Below, one piece after another: positions 52,900 to 64,000 of a stretch of DNA of 64,000 nt. Where the stretch lies: assembly GCA_051294905.1 (NCBI GenBank), contig CM119376.1, positions 25,854,001 to 25,918,000 of the forward strand. Reading direction: 5' to 3'. Every line of letters begins with the position of its first letter. Position 1 is the stretch's first letter. This DNA comes from Botryllus schlosseri (lineage: Eukaryota). The translations under genes were made by a program, and so were the position numbers. Under the pieces are notes generated by a model. It worked only from the letters and a program-made list of their open reading frames with translations. It was not told the DNA's origin and searched no databases.

Positions 52900-53779
52900 C
52901 TAAGAAACCAGCCATGCGAAAAATTTTAGTATCATTCATCATCATCATGCAATGTACGAAATTGAGCATTGCGAGGCCGCAGTAGAGTGAATTTCGCAAT
53001 TTTCCGACAGATTTTTCCATCAAAATCAGGAAGGTCCTTATTTTCACTGATGCTCAATCGAAAGCGATGTCACCAACACATAGTAGAGATAGTGTAGTGG
53101 TTACGATAAGCGCCCAGCACGCAGGCGAACCGCGTTCGATTCCCGTCGGAGGTTTATCTGGGCTCCTCTTCCCCTGCCGTTGCCGTTCTTACGGCGACAA
53201 AAAAAAAGCCCAGAAAAAGACCCGACGAAAGAAAGCACTCACAAAGAATGGAAAAGAACTAGTAGAAAGAGCCGCGGCTTCAAAGAGATCAACATCGAAA
53301 AAGAACTGTGACATCGGGCACTCTAGGCCGAGGTGGATGTTAGAGTAAAGGATCGCTACTGATGCGTGTCGTTCTACATCCTCCTATCTGTTCATGACAT
53401 CGCATTGTGTCTTATCGCATTGTACATTGTGTGTGACTTGTTCAGATAAAAATATAACCCAACCATGTTATGTTATATCTGTACACAGCTGACCTTCTAT
53501 GAAAGCCTGAATACTCATGCTCACTGCGGCAAGCATGTGACTCCAAAGGAATTCCTTCGATTTATCAAGTCTGGTTGATAATGTGTCTTGAAAACTTATT
53601 TCAGTGTCTATAAATATAGCTCAGTTGCCCCACCAATATTCCTAGCTATACCATAGCCTTTATAAAGGCTATGGCTATACTTTCCGTCCAATATACGAGC
53701 CGCCAGATGACAGTATGGAGAAATAAGATCTCAGGTAATCGTTACCGTGGGAGATGTTACTCAACATTTGTCACCAGAA
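52900..53779. promoter_or_regulatory. Putative bidirectional promoter interval CSTF1 cluster / COA4-SANBR
   Basis: Divergent ATGs at 52776 and 53780; the interval is partly occupied by a SINE. Confidence 0.55.
53085..53480 (+). mobile_element. tRNA-derived SINE
   Basis: A box TAGTGTAGTGG (53090-53100) and B box GTTCGATTCC (53134-53143) in a tRNA(Asp/Val/Glu)-like head with a broken anticodon stem, followed by an A-rich body and a 3' end shared with 40640-40925. Confidence 0.75.
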
Positions 53780-56178
53780 ATGAATTCGTCCGGGCATGCT
53801 TGGAAGGAAAGGCCTGCTTCGCCAGAAGATGACGATGAAGAAGACCCAGTTGATGCTATGATCAAGAAGACCGGCTGTCTGGAGGAACACAACAACGTAC
53901 AAGTACGAAAGCATTGCCTAAAACCCATGTTTTACCTCCTACCAATTCATTCAATGCAATTTGCATCGTATGTGTATGAAACATTTGTGTTGTAGGCCCA
54001 CATTGCGTATCTTGTGTCATTAAAATAATAGAACTGCCGAATATGCGAATATTATTATCACTCACCTCCTGAATGTATCTCATAAAATATGTTGGTATAA
54101 AGTTAACCCGGTTCAGTCAGGTGGTGATAAAATTGGATTTCCACAATATCAGATGAACACTGTCGGTCAAATAGATGAAGTGGTAGCCTGTTAATCGAAT
54201 TGTCCTCACATCGCTTTTTAATTCGAATATGGCAAATTTTGAAGGCATTTTATTCACTCATTCAACTGTTGAATTTTCTTTATTTCAAAACATTGCGATA
54301 ATGTGACTGCGGAAAATGTAGATATACGAAAGTGGAAAAACTTCTCACATCTCTCTTTCTCTCTATGTATATTAAGATCTCTTAATTAAGCACCTACACT
54401 ACAAAAGAACCAAATTGTGTGAAAATGTGACCCTCAAAACTGATGCATAAAAAATGGTCTCAAAAAGTTAGGTATATACCCGTATGTCTTATGTCTCATG
54501 ACATCTTTGCGGTCTGAATTTCAAGTCCACAGGCCATGATGTTCCTCGTCTTGCAAATAACGTCTTAAAACAAGACCAAAAAAATTGAATGCATCAAAAA
54601 TTGTCTTGATAAGATACGTTTTACGTCTGATTATTAAGTCGAATAATCGTGATAATTCAATATGCTCTTAAAAGCTCAATTCGTCTCAACTTTAAGATTT
54701 AACTTTATCAGTAAGACTGAGATTCCAAAATATCAGATCATATCCTTGTACGGTCTTGAATTATTTTTTTGTAGTGAATATACCTTTGACCTGCAATGTT
54801 ACAGGTGTTGAAGATATTAAAGTTGAGTTCTACAGTAAATATAAGATATATGCATATGGATTGAGGAGATACAGACAAAGCACAGCATATACAGTAGGCC
54901 TACATTGTATCGTTTTCATAACTTATGCATACAGGCTACTACGATGTTCTTGATTGTGGGGATCGAGTAAGCATTTGAGTAACCACCTATAAAATTTGGT
55001 AAACAGGTATCAACAAACGTATTAGATGTAATGTTCCACCCTAGTCTTATATGAAATAAATATTGTTGTCCAATCAAACAAATCATCCTAAAAATCACCT
55101 TCCTCATAGCAGAGAGAAAACATAACAAGGCATGAGTGTTACATATGTAATGGGGAGGGCTAGAGGATGTTAATTAGCGGCTTATCTCCTTGTTAAGCTT
55201 TCATAAACACCGATTCTATGCCGGCATTGTTTGTAATATGGGAACATCATGTCGGCGTATAGATCTGCGTAATAATTGAAACACAATCCCGCTTGTGTTA
55301 TTGATATAGTATTGTACTCAAATCAAGCTGAACGTCTGACTTTTAATGGTGGTTCCTCTATATCTGTTGAAGGGTATTTGTAGAAATCCAACCTTATCAT
55401 TATTAATGCTGTCTCAAAAGATGCCAAGGTGCCTTGCGCAAGGTTTTAGTAACATGTTCAATAATGTTGTACCATTTGAGGTGTTCGAGTCATGTATGTT
55501 GAGGTGTTTCACTTGTTCTTTTAGGAAAGTAAATTTATGCTATATTTTTTGTATCATAAGTAAGATGATGGAATATCATAGTACTGCTTATTATTATATT
55601 TCAAAGGATATGGTGGTGATGAATTTGCAAAATCATGTGAAGGTGATGTATTAGGTTCACAATCTGATACATACAGCCCAAGCTGCTTCAATAGGCTTTA
55701 CTGGTAAAATTGTATTGGTACTGGTGCTTATTTTTATTTGACTGAGAGGGATGTCCAACAGGTTGCATCAGGGTTCTAACTACAACAGTTTTGTTTTACT
55801 ATTATTGAAACTACAGCTATACAAATACATCATCTTCTATAACATCTGTCCTATTTTTTCACTTATAAGTCTGTATTTTGTCTTGACCTTTTAGAAACCA
55901 ACTAGATCAGATGGCCATGACGAAAGTGATGAATTTGTGGTCAGTTCCTTATATTGCTGGGTTGGGGGTCCGCGCTAGAAAAAGGTCGAAAACACCGTAC
56001 TGAAGCAATATTTTCTGTCAGATTTTATCACAGCCTTGCACGAATGAGATTTAAACTTGCTACTTTTCATTGTTAGTTTTGCATGTTCGACCATCGCGAC
56101 TGGCGGAAGTGTCAGCAAGAAGTGAAAAAGTTCAAGGAGTGCATCGAAAAATCAAAAAGTTCACCAAAGCAGCAATAA
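53780..56178 (+). CDS. COA4: Cytochrome c oxidase assembly factor 4 (twin CX9C); exons 53780-53902 and 56077-56178; 74 aa
   Basis: GHAWKER...DDDEEDPVDAMIKKTG C-LEEHNNVQF-C MFDHRDWRK C-QQEVKKFKE-C. The twin CX9C motif is completed only after the phase-0 GTACGA...TTGTTAG splice. Confidence 0.93.
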
Positions 56179-56196
56179 ATACTTCTACAATTCAAA

Positions 56197-63044
<6,848 letters not shown>

Positions 63045-63206
63045 GTAAGAATCTTTTCGATTCGTTTTCGGCAGTTTGAATCGGACTTTTGAGACTTTTT
63101 TCAAATCTAGTGTACTTTCCCACTTACATCGAGAGGTGTCCCACGTGACCATCACCAATCGATGTTACCCATCCGCATGTTGAAATTTATGGTGTTGATT
63201 GTGGGG

Positions 63207-64000
63207 TAGGGTTGTCCATAATTTGGAAAATGTCAAAATTTATGCGTATCCATGTCTCATTCTATAGATTATAGTTAAAAAACGTCAATGAACCTGCAAT
63301 AAGCTCACAGGAAAGTCGTTAACATTTGTCTAAATGCGTTTGAAAGTAGCTGCCGTAGAGTGGGCGTGTCAGCGAGCATAGAACGGCAAGCAGACTAGTA
63401 ATCACGAAATCACGGCGTTTGATTGACTAATCTGCTATGCTTCAATGATCACGACGTTGGCGGCTTGTTGATCAGCCGGTCAAGGAGTCGGCTGACGGCG
63501 GTGATTCTGTAAGTGCATTGTAGGTTGGTCCGCAGCTAATGATTTAGGGTTGATTCAGAACATGTTGAGTTACGAAATACATGATGAACTAAGAACAGCT
63601 ACTTCACAATATCTTTAAATACATGACTGGATGGCTTATTGTGAAGGTAACCGTTGTAGCCTGTATGCCTTGATTTCATTGATGGAAAGCACAAAAACAC
63701 GCGGAAAAATAGTGCAAAGGCGCTTATGCAAGTGGCAAACAAATTTCTAGTTTCAGAGGGGATGTACCATCATTGAATACAAATATAAAGCTTGACATTG
63801 ACACTACTTTGTCTGATCTTATTAGGCTGTTGTCGTGGTACATAATTGAAATCTTGAATGCTGTTAAGGGCTGGATGAATCAGTCATTTATGCTTGGCAC
63901 TTGTCAGATTCTTGCAGCATAATGAATCATACCCGCAAGTGCTGTCAAAGTCCTCAATGATGCCGGGCAAAGAGCTCTAAAGATAAGCACAGACTATGCT
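63207..64000. mobile_element. Second, more diverged copy of the foldback element, truncated by the window end
   Basis: Starts TAGGGTTGTCCATAATTTGGAAAAT and is colinear with the left arm at 31520. Confidence 0.85.

Noticed and set aside
53085-53152. Functional tRNA gene
   Set aside because: The anticodon and acceptor stems do not pair and there is no immediate oligo-T terminator; the sequence continues into a repeat body, so it is called a SINE head.
56176-56196. Programmed stop-codon readthrough giving a COA4-SANBR fusion as the main mechanism
   Set aside because: TAA-A is a tight stop context, unlike known leaky TGA-C signals. The in-frame spacer has a 1-in-3 chance probability, so readthrough is kept only as a minor alternative.

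Overview
AT-rich eukaryotic (metazoan, intron-rich) genomic DNA. Gene content and architecture suggest an invertebrate chordate, most likely a tunicate; this is inference. By hand-splicing on GT-AG signals with consistent reading phase I reconstruct eight recognisable genes: PPP2R3C (-, 8 exons), TTLL5 (+, ~30 exons), TMED10 (+, 5 exons), TYW3 (-, 3 exons), C15orf61-like (-, single exon), CSTF1 (-, single exon), COA4 (+, 2 exons) and SANBR/KIAA1841 (+, 10 exons visible, running off the window). Introns are packed with non-autonomous hAT elements (several with clear 8-bp TSDs), a TA-flanked Tc1/mariner-type MITE, a tRNA-derived SINE, and about 9 loci of a Penelope-like (GIY-YIG) retroelement tail carrying a minimal hammerhead-like motif. 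The most unusual part is the compact cluster at 47.8-56.4 kb, where five genes diverge from a <1 kb interval. On the + strand, the last exon of COA4 and the first coding exon of SANBR are one physical exon: the COA4 stop lies 18 nt, in frame and with no AG, before the SANBR ATG. On the - strand, intronless CSTF1 and C15orf61 and then TYW3 follow each other. C15orf61 and TYW3 each have their own splice acceptor, consistent with either an SL trans-spliced operon or a shared leader exon spliced alternatively to different genes. No database searches or folding programs were run; gene names come from recognition of conserved protein motifs.
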